This document shows, one piece after another, positions 19,691 through 28,778 of a stretch of DNA of 64,000 bases. The stretch spans positions 224,949-288,948 of the forward strand of contig CAZWJT010000001.1 in assembly GCA_964634935.1 (NCBI GenBank), given 5' to 3'. Every line of letters begins with the position of its first letter. Positions within the stretch are counted from its first letter, which is position 1. The notes under the pieces are model-generated. The model saw nothing but the letters and a program-made list of their open reading frames with translations. It did no database searches and was not told where the DNA came from. A program made the position numbers and the translations under genes. The DNA is from an uncultured Planctomycetia bacterium. Its GTDB lineage: Bacteria; Omnitrophota; Gorgyraeia; Duberdicusellales; Duberdicusellaceae.

Positions 19691-20872
19691 CTATCGGAAA
19701 AGAAGGAAAAATAAGGTAAAAACACAGATAAAAAAGATAACCAAGGCAGAAAATATAGTTCGAGTTGGAACAGTATGCTTCAATTCCTCCTCAATTTTCC
19801 TTTTTTCAACGTCGGTTTCCTCAAACTCGCTGCTTTTCAGCTTCAATTGCTCTTCAGTCAATCGTATCTTTTCTTCCAACCCTTGCCGCTCCTGTAAAGC
19901 AACTTCCAGTTTTTGCTTATCTGACGAAAGAACCCCCACTTGATCCTTCAAGGAAGTGTTTTCCTGGGTTAGGGCGGCTACTTTACGATTTAGCTCCTCA
20001 AGTGAAGACGTATCCTGTTGTGCAAGCTTGTTTTTCAATTCTTCGTTTTCCTTTTGCAAGGCAAGAAGCTCATTTGCAGAATCCTGGCCTGCCTTTCCTT
20101 GGGCCTGAGAGATCTCGTTCTTCAAGGAAGTGTTTTCCTGGGTTAGGGCGGCTACTTTTTGGTTGTTCAGTGCCGCCTCATTCAACTGAAGAGACAGCTC
20201 TTTCACTTTGCCTTCGAGTGAAGAAATCTGCGAACGAGAGGCCAACCCCCCTTCCACTAAAGAAGAATTCTCCTTCTTCAAAAGATCGATTTGTGTAACA
20301 AGGCTTTGGCTTTTTGAAAGTTGTACTCTCAGATCCTCATTCTCCTTCCGTAAAACATCCAACTGAACAGTCGCGGTATTTTCACGAAGCTTTTTCTGCA
20401 AATCGGCGTTCTCTTCAGTAAGTATTCTTATTTTTCCTGAAAGTTCATTAACAAGAGCTGCGGAAGCCTGGTATTGATTCGCCTGAGACTGAAAATCTTT
20501 ATTTTCTTTACGCAGGGCTTCAATCTCACGGAATAAATCCGTTGGGGCCCCAAAAGAAGCATTTTTTGCCTGAGCTTTGAGATAAATATTTTCCTGAGTT
20601 AACCGTTGAATGGTGAAGTTCAATTCTTCGAATAAAGCAAGATCCATACTCTTAGGAGCACCGCCTTGTTCGGAAACGGGCAACTCCCCTGTTTCCTGTG
20701 TCTCGGAAAGACTCTTTTCCTTGTCCTGCGGTATGTCCGCGGATGCGCTGAAATCTTTTTCTTGGGAAGGCTTCTGGATATTCTGGGAATTCATAAAAAT
20801 AACGTCCTCGGAGTTTCCTGGACCAAGAGGCGGTGTATTTTCTGGAGAGACTTTGTTCGTCTTCTTGACCAT
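19691..20872 (-). CDS. Tail-anchored coiled-coil protein (about 360 aa coiled coil with repeated ALTQENTSLK units; C-terminal TM helix)
   Basis: Heptad-rich, Q/E/K/L-dominated sequence. C-terminal TIFSALVIFFICVFTLFFLLFR. No signal peptide. Confidence 0.55.
   Translation of the reverse strand: MVKKTNKVSPENTPPLGPGNSEDVIFMNSQNIQKPSQEKDFSASADIPQDKEKSLSETQETGELPVSEQGGAPKSMDLALFEELNFTIQRLTQENIYLKAQAKNASFGAPTDLFREIEALRKENKDFQSQANQYQASAALVNELSGKIRILTEENADLQKKLRENTATVQLDVLRKENEDLRVQLSKSQSLVTQIDLLKKENSSLVEGGLASRSQISSLEGKVKELSLQLNEAALNNQKVAALTQENTSLKNEISQAQGKAGQDSANELLALQKENEELKNKLAQQDTSSLEELNRKVAALTQENTSLKDQVGVLSSDKQKLEVALQERQGLEEKIRLTEEQLKLKSSEFEETDVEKRKIEEELKHTVPTRTIFSALVIFFICVFTLFFLLFR
19946..20158. 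repeat. Two perfect 39-bp direct repeats (19946-19984 and 20120-20158) inside the coiled-coil CDS, 174 bp apart (58 codons, in frame)
   Basis: cttcaaggaagtgttttcctgggttagggcggctacttt occurs twice. It encodes the VAALTQENTSLK unit. Confidence 0.9.
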
Positions 20873-20940
20873 ATTTATATCTTACTTTTTATTTATAATC
20901 TGTCAAGAAATCAACCAGGAAGAAAGGGGTCAAATGACAT

Positions 20941-22572
20941 TCAATTCCGATAATTTTTCCGTGTAAGCACATAAAGCATCTCTTGTGGGAAAAAACGATA
21001 GGCGCAGGTATGCCGAGGGCTTATTTGGTAAGTCTTTTGCAGAAAATCCACGATGTCATCATAGGTAAGCTCCAAGGTGCTCATTGTTGGCTTTTTTTTG
21101 ACGGGGATACTCAGCACTTCTTCAATCAGAAAAACCCTGTGCTGATTATCCAATATGCTTTCTATCTTGTGTCGAAGAAACTCAAAAAGCTCCTCGCGCG
21201 TTCCTTCGCGCTGAAAAATATCATAAAATCTGCAGTTTAAATATCCTAGTTCAAAGAACCGACGGTTGGAAAAATATTCCAAATAGCGCACCCGAAATTC
21301 CGGATATCCAAAATTATTCTTCCCAATAATCAAAATAAGATCCTCTGGGTTTGTTTTTTCACGGATACAACCCGATTGCATCAGATAATAGTTTTTTTCT
21401 GGAATACTGGCAGGATAAATATATGACCAGAAATTTCCAATTCCGTTTGCCACAACTAAAAAAAAGAAAAGAAGCGGTATGATGCGAATCGGAACTAGTG
21501 AAACCCAAAGATACATGCAGATGCTGATTACCAACCAAAAGAATATAAGCAGCGGTGTATAGCGCTGAGTATTAAACGGCTCATAGATAAAAAATATTGA
21601 GATAAACAGAATAAACATAAAAAAACTCGCTACGGTAAGCGCAAAAAGTGCCCGTTCTTTGAAAAGAGGCCGGTAATTGAGCCCGAGAAAAGCGGCGGAA
21701 AAGAAAAAAAGACTCAAGCCGGGAATAGGATTTTCGGTATATCCAAATAATATTTTAGTAAAGTTTTGGGCGATATAGGAAATTTCTTTTGATGCGATGA
21801 CCGAAAATCTCTCATGGGACTTAAACCAAAAAATCATTTCTTTCGCGAAATGCTTGATGCCTGGAAGTATCCCTCCAGAAAAATAGGCTGTGGAATGTTG
21901 TAGGCCAACCAAAAATCCAATTGCGGTATAAGGGATAAGCCAAAACACACACAGACTCACCAGATAGCTTTGGCATAATTTTACTTTTTCTGCTCGAGGC
22001 CTGTTGAGACAGATAAAAGTAATGAGAAAAAAAGGGAAAAAAGTGATGTAGGCTGCAGAAGAAAATGTTGCCAAGGCATGAAAAAATCCTATGAATCGTG
22101 CAGAGGTCTTCCCGGAAAGAATGGTCTTAACCAAAAAATCAATTGAAACAAGCAGAAAAAATATTGAAATGATATGAGTTTCGGCTTCGGTAGCATAATG
22201 CCAAAACTCCGCCGAAAAACCAAGACCAAGCGCACAAGTTAGGGCAAAAAATTTATTGCCGATAAGCCGTTGGAGTATCCGGAAAAACACCACAACAGCA
22301 GCCGCACCAAAAAAAGCGTCAAGTACTTGAAGAGGTAAAAGAGCTGAACCAGCGTAACCGCAGAAACACCAAAGCTGATAAAAAAGATTATTGAACACAT
22401 AGTTGAGCAAATGAAACTGCTGCGAAGGAACAAGGTAGATACTTTTCTCAGCCCATTGTGCTAACGAAATCGAATCGAAATCATACGCTGCGGAAAGGAA
22501 ACTCAAATAGATAAATAATATAGAAAGAAAAATGATAAAAAGAATGAAGAAGTTTTTGAATCTTTCATTCAT
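20941..22572 (-). CDS. Polytopic membrane protein (about 11 TM helices plus C-terminal soluble domain); GT-C-like glycosyltransferase or polymerase candidate
   Basis: 543 aa. Hydrophobic N-terminal two thirds and a soluble C-terminal domain of about 170 aa. No firm family motif. Confidence 0.4.
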   Translation of the reverse strand: MNERFKNFFILFIIFLSILFIYLSFLSAAYDFDSISLAQWAEKSIYLVPSQQFHLLNYVFNNLFYQLWCFCGYAGSALLPLQVLDAFFGAAAVVVFFRILQRLIGNKFFALTCALGLGFSAEFWHYATEAETHIISIFFLLVSIDFLVKTILSGKTSARFIGFFHALATFSSAAYITFFPFFLITFICLNRPRAEKVKLCQSYLVSLCVFWLIPYTAIGFLVGLQHSTAYFSGGILPGIKHFAKEMIFWFKSHERFSVIASKEISYIAQNFTKILFGYTENPIPGLSLFFFSAAFLGLNYRPLFKERALFALTVASFFMFILFISIFFIYEPFNTQRYTPLLIFFWLVISICMYLWVSLVPIRIIPLLFFFLVVANGIGNFWSYIYPASIPEKNYYLMQSGCIREKTNPEDLILIIGKNNFGYPEFRVRYLEYFSNRRFFELGYLNCRFYDIFQREGTREELFEFLRHKIESILDNQHRVFLIEEVLSIPVKKKPTMSTLELTYDDIVDFLQKTYQISPRHTCAYRFFPQEMLYVLTRKNYRN

Positions 22573-22609
22573 CGGAAAATAGGCTGGAATGAAATGTTTA
22601 TTACAGAAA

Positions 22610-24718
22610 TTAAAAACCCCCTGGATCCTTTAAAACTTTCTCTCGAAATTTATTCCACAGTGTGTAAAAATCAGCGCGTGACGCTTCAAGATCGCCAACA
22701 GTATCAAAGGGAGCCTTAATTTCAGAAACAACTTCAGAAAATTTACTGGTAAATCTCTTCGGTACGTACACGATATCGCCATTCTTGAGGATGATGTCGT
22801 TTTTAAGATTCCCATTATAAAGAATATCGTAAACATTGATTAATTTCCGAACTGGACCCTCGGGAGTCTGACGAATAATCTGTACCCTGCGCAGGGCTGA
22901 AGCTTTGCTCGGAAGCCCAGCCATAAACATAAGTTCGCGAATCGTCAAATCCCGGTTTTTCAAACGGTAAATTCCGGGACTGCTGATTTCGCCAAGAACA
23001 TATATTTTTTTACTATTAAACTCGGCAACCTTGACAAATATTTCCGGATTTTCAACAAAACGCGAAAGTTTTCTTGCCACTTCTTCAGAAAGTTGTTTTT
23101 CAGTAAGACCTGCCGCTTTAACTTCAATACCCGCCAACGGCAAAGTAATCGAACCATCTGAACCTACCGTAACGGCACCGCTAAATTCTTCGTGAAACAA
23201 CACAGTCACCCGAACCACATCATCTACATCAATAAGGTATGGAATCCCTGTTTCCTTCTTCTCAGCAAAGAAAAGATTCTCTCGTTTTTTTGCTAACTCA
23301 TCTCGCTCTTTATGTTTCTTGGCCAAACCAATATATACTACTGATTCATGATGCAGAGGATCAAGGGCTAAAACATCCTGGAATTTACCGATTGATTCAT
23401 CCCATTTCGCTTGCGCATAGAGCGCTTTCGCCTGACTCATTAAATCAGTAATCCGAGCTTTTTTCTGAGAAAATTCTGCAATGCGGAGCTGTTCTTCTTT
23501 TTTCGCGATTACTTGCGCCTTCAGTTCTTCTTCAGTATACCCGCGCATCTTAATCTGCGCGAGAGAATGCGTAAGTTTCTGAGCCTCTTCAGCATCGCGA
23601 AACACCTGAATCAATTCTGCCTTACCGGAAGAATGATACGCAAGCACCAATGCTTTTTCCTCTTCTAAAAGCGCTCCTCCGGTTTGTAGCTTCTGCTTCA
23701 TAATCGCAGCAATTTGCTGAAAACTTTCAATACCCGGGTATTTTGCCATTAAAGGAACCAGCTTCTCCTCCGCTTGTTTATAATTAGAGATTGTCATCGC
23801 ATAAATAACGTCTGCGTATTGAGTAAGAACGGCTTCATGTTCGACAAAAGATCCATCCCGTGCTGAAGCGAACAATTCCCGCTTCATTTCTTGCCGCTTC
23901 TGTGCTTCCTCCTGGGCAAATAATTCTGATTTTTCGGTAAAAACACTCTGAGTAAACGAACGCTCACGCGCCATTTCCTCGGCATAAAGCATCGCAAGAT
24001 GCATCTCGCTTTGCTCGGTCTTAATTTCCTGTCTCTTCAGGTTCTTGCGCATAAAAACCTTGGCATACCGGTGCTGAGGATTTAAAATTAAAGTCTCCTC
24101 GAAATACGCCATAGATTTTTCATATTTTCCTTCTTTGTATTTATCAAATCCTTTCTGAAAAGCATCTTTTACTTCATAGGCAATCAGATCTTTATAAACA
24201 GGATTTGAAGAAATTTCCCGGCGAATTGCTTCAAATTGGTCAGGGGATTCTTTCTTGATGACCACGAGTTCTTGAAAAATGCGGCGAACGAAACGTTGAG
24301 CAGTTAAGTTTTGGGGGCTTATCTCGAGAACCTGGCGGAATGCAAGCAAGGCATCTCTCCATTGCCGCCCTTCAAAATTTTCTCGGCCTTCAATAATAAA
24401 CGTTGCGATTGCCTTTGCCCGGGCTGATTCTTCGGCAATATTCCCCTGAGTGGTCACTTTGGAAAGGTCAAACTGGCTTTTACCGTTATTCTGCTCAAGA
24501 AGCATTGCAAAGTTTCTGACTCTCCCTAAGTTGCCTTCAAAATCAACCTGCCCGGAGCTTAGCGCGACCGGCTCATTCTTCTCGGCAACATCGTATTTCT
24601 TCGGACCGTACAAATCTTCTTTCGAACGGGATGAAACAGTCCCCTTTTCGGTCATAACCCCAAAGGCGAATACCGAAGGGATAAGAACTGTCTTCCAGGC
24701 TTTATTGTCGAGCTTCAT
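22610..24718 (-). CDS. Polysaccharide export protein (Wza-like Poly_export plus SLBB domains at the C-terminus) with a long N-terminal helical/TPR-like region
   Basis: C-terminal segment VTVGSDGSITLPLAGIEVKAAGLTEKQL...IYVLGEISSPGIYRL...LMFMAGLP...NGDIVYVP matches the export/SLBB pattern. N-terminal 480 aa is rich in A/E/K helices. Confidence 0.65.
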   Translation of the reverse strand: MKLDNKAWKTVLIPSVFAFGVMTEKGTVSSRSKEDLYGPKKYDVAEKNEPVALSSGQVDFEGNLGRVRNFAMLLEQNNGKSQFDLSKVTTQGNIAEESARAKAIATFIIEGRENFEGRQWRDALLAFRQVLEISPQNLTAQRFVRRIFQELVVIKKESPDQFEAIRREISSNPVYKDLIAYEVKDAFQKGFDKYKEGKYEKSMAYFEETLILNPQHRYAKVFMRKNLKRQEIKTEQSEMHLAMLYAEEMARERSFTQSVFTEKSELFAQEEAQKRQEMKRELFASARDGSFVEHEAVLTQYADVIYAMTISNYKQAEEKLVPLMAKYPGIESFQQIAAIMKQKLQTGGALLEEEKALVLAYHSSGKAELIQVFRDAEEAQKLTHSLAQIKMRGYTEEELKAQVIAKKEEQLRIAEFSQKKARITDLMSQAKALYAQAKWDESIGKFQDVLALDPLHHESVVYIGLAKKHKERDELAKKRENLFFAEKKETGIPYLIDVDDVVRVTVLFHEEFSGAVTVGSDGSITLPLAGIEVKAAGLTEKQLSEEVARKLSRFVENPEIFVKVAEFNSKKIYVLGEISSPGIYRLKNRDLTIRELMFMAGLPSKASALRRVQIIRQTPEGPVRKLINVYDILYNGNLKNDIILKNGDIVYVPKRFTSKFSEVVSEIKAPFDTVGDLEASRADFYTLWNKFREKVLKDPGGF

Positions 24719-26348
24719 CGGATTGACCAGGTTTCAGCAAATAGGCTTTACTTCTTTTTTCAAGTTGACTCGCTTGATCAGCAGTTACTAAAAGCAATTC
24801 CCCTTGCGGAAGCTTTACCCCTTTTGTGAATAAAAAACCTTCGGGAATTTTTCCCTCTTGGTATACGCGCCGCCAGGGATTATCTGTTTTTCCTGAAAGA
24901 CGCAAAAGAGCAGGAGTAAGATAAGCGAATTTTATCTTCTTTCTCTCCTCTTCTCCCATACGCTCCACCAAGCGCAAAAAATCATCCCCCCAAAGGGGCG
25001 TCCAAATCGCAGCTCTGTTCGCAAACCAAGCAACCCTCCAAGGCGCATCAGAGACCACTACTTCATCGTTCTTGGAAATGGACTGCAGATAAAACAAATT
25101 CTTTCGCACGGTTTCATGAGGACGTTGCGGCAGAGCAAAAGCAAAGAATAAAGGAACGGTGTTAAAAATAAGAAAAACGGGAACAACCATCTTACGAAAA
25201 ACAACTCTCTGGATATCTAACCTATGCCACATCTCAAAAAGAAAACCAACACCGATCATAATAATAAAAGGCGTGTAAATAATCATCTGTTCAGCGATGT
25301 GACGCGAAAAACCACTGTAGCAAAAATGAATCGCCATAAGCAGAAATAACCAATATTTAAATTCATGGAAAAAAATATGGCTTTTTTTAAAACGGCAGAA
25401 AAAACCCATAAGAAAAAAAGCAATGACAAAATTTCTCGTGAGCATGAGCGCATTGAAATAAGCCCAATTCAAATTTGCTACGAAACGATGAAAAATATCG
25501 ACAAAGCTGATAGTAGCTGGCGTAAAAACCAAAAGGCTACGAGCCCAATCTGCAGAAGAAATGCCGGTAAAAAATGCGCGCAGATCAAGACTGCTCAAAG
25601 TAAAAAGAGGATTTGCGGTAAGGTACATATTACGAACCCACCAGGGAAGCACCAAACCCAAGAAAGCAAACAACCCAACAAGAAGCTTAGAGATATTTTC
25701 TGTTTTTGCTTTCTTATAAATAAGAACTCCAAGCGGAGCCAATAAAATAAATGTCCAATACCGGGTCAAAAATAAAAGGCCGAGTACAACGCCAATACCG
25801 CAAGCAAGCAAATAGGTGTTTTTTTCGAAAAACATATATACCATGAGGAATAATGCCAAAAACAGGAAAATCAATAACGGTATTTCACTGCCGGAAATCG
25901 CATAACGTAAAAGGAGCGAATTCGAAAAATAAAGAAGCAAGGAAATATTCGCACAAGCTCGATCAAGAATCTTTAAGGTAAAATAATACAGGAGAGCCCC
26001 GGCAAACAGGAAAAAAGCTCCGGAAGTAAAACAAACCATCGTATCATCGACTCCCCCGATGCTGAAAGCCAGAGAAATTAACATAGGCATAAGCGGCGGG
26101 TTCATAAGATCGGGGTGATTGTTGATCCTGGGAGAAACCGCAAAACTTAAAGGACGAATAATCTTTGTCGTAAATCCCTTCCCGACATAGAGCGATTGCC
26201 CGACTTGAGCAAGATCCATTACCTGGGGATCACGGATACCCCGAAACTGCGTTAGAAAATAACCAAGAAAAAAAACCAAACCTACAATACTCCATGCGCA
26301 GGCACGGAGAATCTTCATATTGATGTCGAGAAAGAAATTTTTCTCCAC
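24702..26348 (-). CDS. ArnT/PMT-like (GT39/GT83) polytopic membrane glycosyltransferase
   Basis: 548 aa, many TM helices. First periplasmic loop RDPQVMDLAQVGQSLYVGKGF resembles the ArnT DE-loop. Confidence 0.5.
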   Translation of the reverse strand: MEKNFFLDINMKILRACAWSIVGLVFFLGYFLTQFRGIRDPQVMDLAQVGQSLYVGKGFTTKIIRPLSFAVSPRINNHPDLMNPPLMPMLISLAFSIGGVDDTMVCFTSGAFFLFAGALLYYFTLKILDRACANISLLLYFSNSLLLRYAISGSEIPLLIFLFLALFLMVYMFFEKNTYLLACGIGVVLGLLFLTRYWTFILLAPLGVLIYKKAKTENISKLLVGLFAFLGLVLPWWVRNMYLTANPLFTLSSLDLRAFFTGISSADWARSLLVFTPATISFVDIFHRFVANLNWAYFNALMLTRNFVIAFFLMGFFCRFKKSHIFFHEFKYWLFLLMAIHFCYSGFSRHIAEQMIIYTPFIIMIGVGFLFEMWHRLDIQRVVFRKMVVPVFLIFNTVPLFFAFALPQRPHETVRKNLFYLQSISKNDEVVVSDAPWRVAWFANRAAIWTPLWGDDFLRLVERMGEEERKKIKFAYLTPALLRLSGKTDNPWRRVYQEGKIPEGFLFTKGVKLPQGELLLVTADQASQLEKRSKAYLLKPGQSDEARQ

Positions 26349-26381
26349 TTTCTTAAGCTTGGACTATACTTCTCAAGCCTA

Positions 26382-26564
26382 CTATTTCTTATCAAGCAAA
26401 GAACTGATCCCGAGCGCGATACCAAGCAAAAGGATGTTGGATGCAAGCTTTTGAAAACTAGACGGATAAAGCCAGTTGCCAAAAACAGGAATAACTTTCA
26501 CAAATACTGACGCGACAACACAAATGGTCCCCACCAGGATAAGACTATTTACAAGTCCCTTCAT
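26382..26564 (-). CDS. Small two-TM membrane protein (60 aa)
   Basis: Start trimmed to MKGLVNSLILVG. Strong SD AAGGAGGG lies 5 nt upstream. Confidence 0.4.
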   Translation of the reverse strand: MKGLVNSLILVGTICVVASVFVKVIPVFGNWLYPSSFQKLASNILLLGIALGISSLLDKK

Positions 26565-26583
26565 AGCTCCCTCCTTATTATGA

Positions 26584-26688
26584 TCACTTTTTCCGTGTAA
26601 AAATATAAATCCAGAACACAACCGATGTTACAAAAATAAAAATCTTAACGAGTAGAAAAATAACCGTCATAATATCCATTGTTGCCAC
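26584..26688 (-). CDS. Tiny hydrophobic peptide (31-34 aa, MDIMTVIFLLVKIFIFVTSVVFWIYIFTRKK)
   Basis: Not in the ORF track because it is under 60 aa. SD GGAGG lies 8 nt before GTG at 26688 (ATG at 26679). Stop TGA at 26584. Confidence 0.3.
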   Translation of the reverse strand: MATMDIMTVIFLLVKIFIFVTSVVFWIYIFTRKK

Positions 26689-26703
26689 GTCGATCACCTC
26701 CCT

Positions 26704-26928
26704 TCAGGTAAGAAGCTTCCGTATTTTCTCAAGAGTATATCCCTTTTTTTTCATCTGCTTGATTTTCAGCAACCGATCGATAGCTGACTCTTCATAGAGC
26801 CTATGGCCGGAAGAGGTCCGCTTTGCGGCGGCAATTAAACCAAGCAAAGTATAGTTATGGATTGTTTGCCGGGATATTTTTGTATACTCAATCAGCTCGC
26901 CTATCTTATAAAATTTTCTGTGTATCAT
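26704..26928 (-). CDS. MerR-family HTH transcriptional regulator (74 aa, DNA-binding domain only)
   Basis: YKIGELIEYTKISRQTIHNYTLLGLI...GHRLYEESAIDRLLKIKQMKKKGYTLEKI is a MerR N-terminal HTH plus the start of the coiled coil. Confidence 0.75.
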   Translation of the reverse strand: MIHRKFYKIGELIEYTKISRQTIHNYTLLGLIAAAKRTSSGHRLYEESAIDRLLKIKQMKKKGYTLEKIRKLLT

Positions 26929-27066
26929 ACATCCATTAATTTTATACTTTATAAATTATAAAATATATATCATAACTTACATTTTATATTTTGTATTTTA
27001 TGGCAAGCTACTCGGGATTGTCAACTGTTTTTTTGATATTCTTTGAAATTGCTTCTTCCTACAACA

Positions 27067-27103
27067 ATATGTAGTGGCAAAAATAACAATCACCGCTACA
27101 TAT
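27067..27103. promoter_or_regulatory. Dyad symmetry ATATGTAGTGG-N15-CCGCTACATAT in the AT-rich region upstream of the MerR-like gene; candidate operator and/or part of a yggS terminator
   Basis: 10 of 11 positions match in the inverted arms. The adjacent hairpin CCGCT-N7-AGCGG (27093-27109) is followed, on the minus-strand transcript, by UGAUUGUUAUUUUU. Confidence 0.35.
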
Positions 27104-27154
27104 GAGCGGGTTTATTTGGGGTAAAAATGTGAAGATTCTGAAAATATATTGCTT

Positions 27155-27811
27155 CTACAAAGAACGCGGACCAAAAATCTTCGTGCCAATACGGACAATA
27201 TTCGCCCCTTCTTCCAAGGCAATGCGGTAGGTATCACTCATTCCCATGGAGAGAAATTTTATGGATGAAGGGTAAAGTTCTTGCAAGCGAACAAATAACT
27301 CTTTGGTTTTCCGAAAATATGGACGTATGGATTCTGGACTTACGACATATGGCCCCATGGTCATCAACCCTTGAAGGCAGACAAAAGAAAAATCCCGCAT
27401 AAGAATACGGCAAAACTCAAAAAGCTTTTCGATGCTTACCCCTGTTTTTTGAGCCTCCCCTCCGCTATTGACCTCTACCAAAACTGGCATGACTTTTGAT
27501 TGCAAACGACATTCTTTCTCTATTTTCTCCGCAAGCGCCAACGAATCGATAGTTTCAATCATATCAAAAATTTGAATAGCCTTCCTCACTTTGTTCGCTT
27601 GTAAATGACCGATGAAATGCCATTGGACTTCCTTCCCTAACGCTTGGAACTTCTCGCAGGCCTCCTGGACGTAATTCTCGCCAAAAATATGTACCCCGCC
27701 ACGGTGTGCCTCAAGAAGTTCATCAACAGTTCTCGTTTTTGAAGCGGCGACTACGGTAACCCCTTCAGGAAGTGAGCTTAACAATACCTGCGTGTTTTCT
27801 TGTATAGTCAT
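27155..27811 (-). CDS. yggS: YggS-family pyridoxal phosphate homeostasis protein
   Basis: Lys motif VVAASKTRT; TIM-barrel PLP-binding family; 218 aa. Confidence 0.9.
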   Translation of the reverse strand: MTIQENTQVLLSSLPEGVTVVAASKTRTVDELLEAHRGGVHIFGENYVQEACEKFQALGKEVQWHFIGHLQANKVRKAIQIFDMIETIDSLALAEKIEKECRLQSKVMPVLVEVNSGGEAQKTGVSIEKLFEFCRILMRDFSFVCLQGLMTMGPYVVSPESIRPYFRKTKELFVRLQELYPSSIKFLSMGMSDTYRIALEEGANIVRIGTKIFGPRSL

Positions 27812-27813
27812 CG

Positions 27814-28746
27814 CTACCTCTGAGGAGTGTCTGTTGAAACGGCAATAAAATATTCACCACGCCTCAAAAAAATACCTTTGCGGCATAAATCTTCGAGTTT
27901 CTGCTGAAGATACGCAGAAGAAACGGAGAAGATAGTCTGTAGATCAGAAAAAGTCGCTGGCCGGCGCTGCAAAAATGCCTGTAATCCTGCCATGGAAAAT
28001 TTCCTTCTGAGTTTTCTCGTATGCCGAGGGAATCGTATGATTTCGGCCGGCATGAGTATCTTTTGTATTTGAGTAATCGCGCGAACCGAAGGCAGTCGAA
28101 TCAGGCTTTTTGCGGGGCGTATCGGAACTGTTAAATGCACCCGATCGGGGCAAATCTTGCGCAGCACGTTTTTCAGTTTTCGCGCGTGGGTCACGGTATC
28201 GTTTAGATCCCCCAGAAGCATTACTTCGATCCAAAGATTTCCTTTGTAGACCCGCCGAAACCGAGTAAGCCCGCTAATGATTTTCGGCAAGGTAATCTGG
28301 GAAACCGGATGATCGATCCGTTGAAAAAGTTTCTCGTCAACACTGTCTAAAGAAGCAACAACTATGTCAGCGTCCAAAAGGCCTTGCCGCACTTCTTTCT
28401 TCCACAATAACGACGAATTAGTAATTACAGCGATTCGATATCGCTTGCCGCATACGCTTCGTACTGCACGGATAATTTTGCCTATGCCCACATGGAGCGT
28501 AGGTTCTCCACTTCCGGAAAAAGTAATGCAATCGACCCGGGGATTTTTTTTCAAGAAATCTTTCAGTTCTAGAATAAGCCGCCTTAAATCGACACTGGAA
28601 AAACGCCTTGCTGTATGAATAATGGTCTTGCCCAGTTGACAATAGAGGCAGTTAAATGAACAAGTCTTAAAAGGCAGTAAATCTACTCCTAATGAAAAAC
28701 CGAGTCTTCGAGAAGGAACTGGCCCATACAAATACCTATACTTCAT
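27814..28746 (-). CDS. Radical SAM protein (COG0731-like)
   Basis: N-terminus YGPVPSRRLGFSLGVDLLPFKTCSFNCLYCQLG carries the CxxxCxxC cluster. Confidence 0.75.
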   Translation of the reverse strand: MKYRYLYGPVPSRRLGFSLGVDLLPFKTCSFNCLYCQLGKTIIHTARRFSSVDLRRLILELKDFLKKNPRVDCITFSGSGEPTLHVGIGKIIRAVRSVCGKRYRIAVITNSSLLWKKEVRQGLLDADIVVASLDSVDEKLFQRIDHPVSQITLPKIISGLTRFRRVYKGNLWIEVMLLGDLNDTVTHARKLKNVLRKICPDRVHLTVPIRPAKSLIRLPSVRAITQIQKILMPAEIIRFPRHTRKLRRKFSMAGLQAFLQRRPATFSDLQTIFSVSSAYLQQKLEDLCRKGIFLRRGEYFIAVSTDTPQR

Positions 28747-28778
28747 GGACTATGAAATCTCTTAAAAAACTCGAAATA

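Noticed and set aside
19946-20158. CRISPR-like array
   Set aside because: Only two repeat copies, inside a CDS and in frame. No cas genes anywhere in the window.
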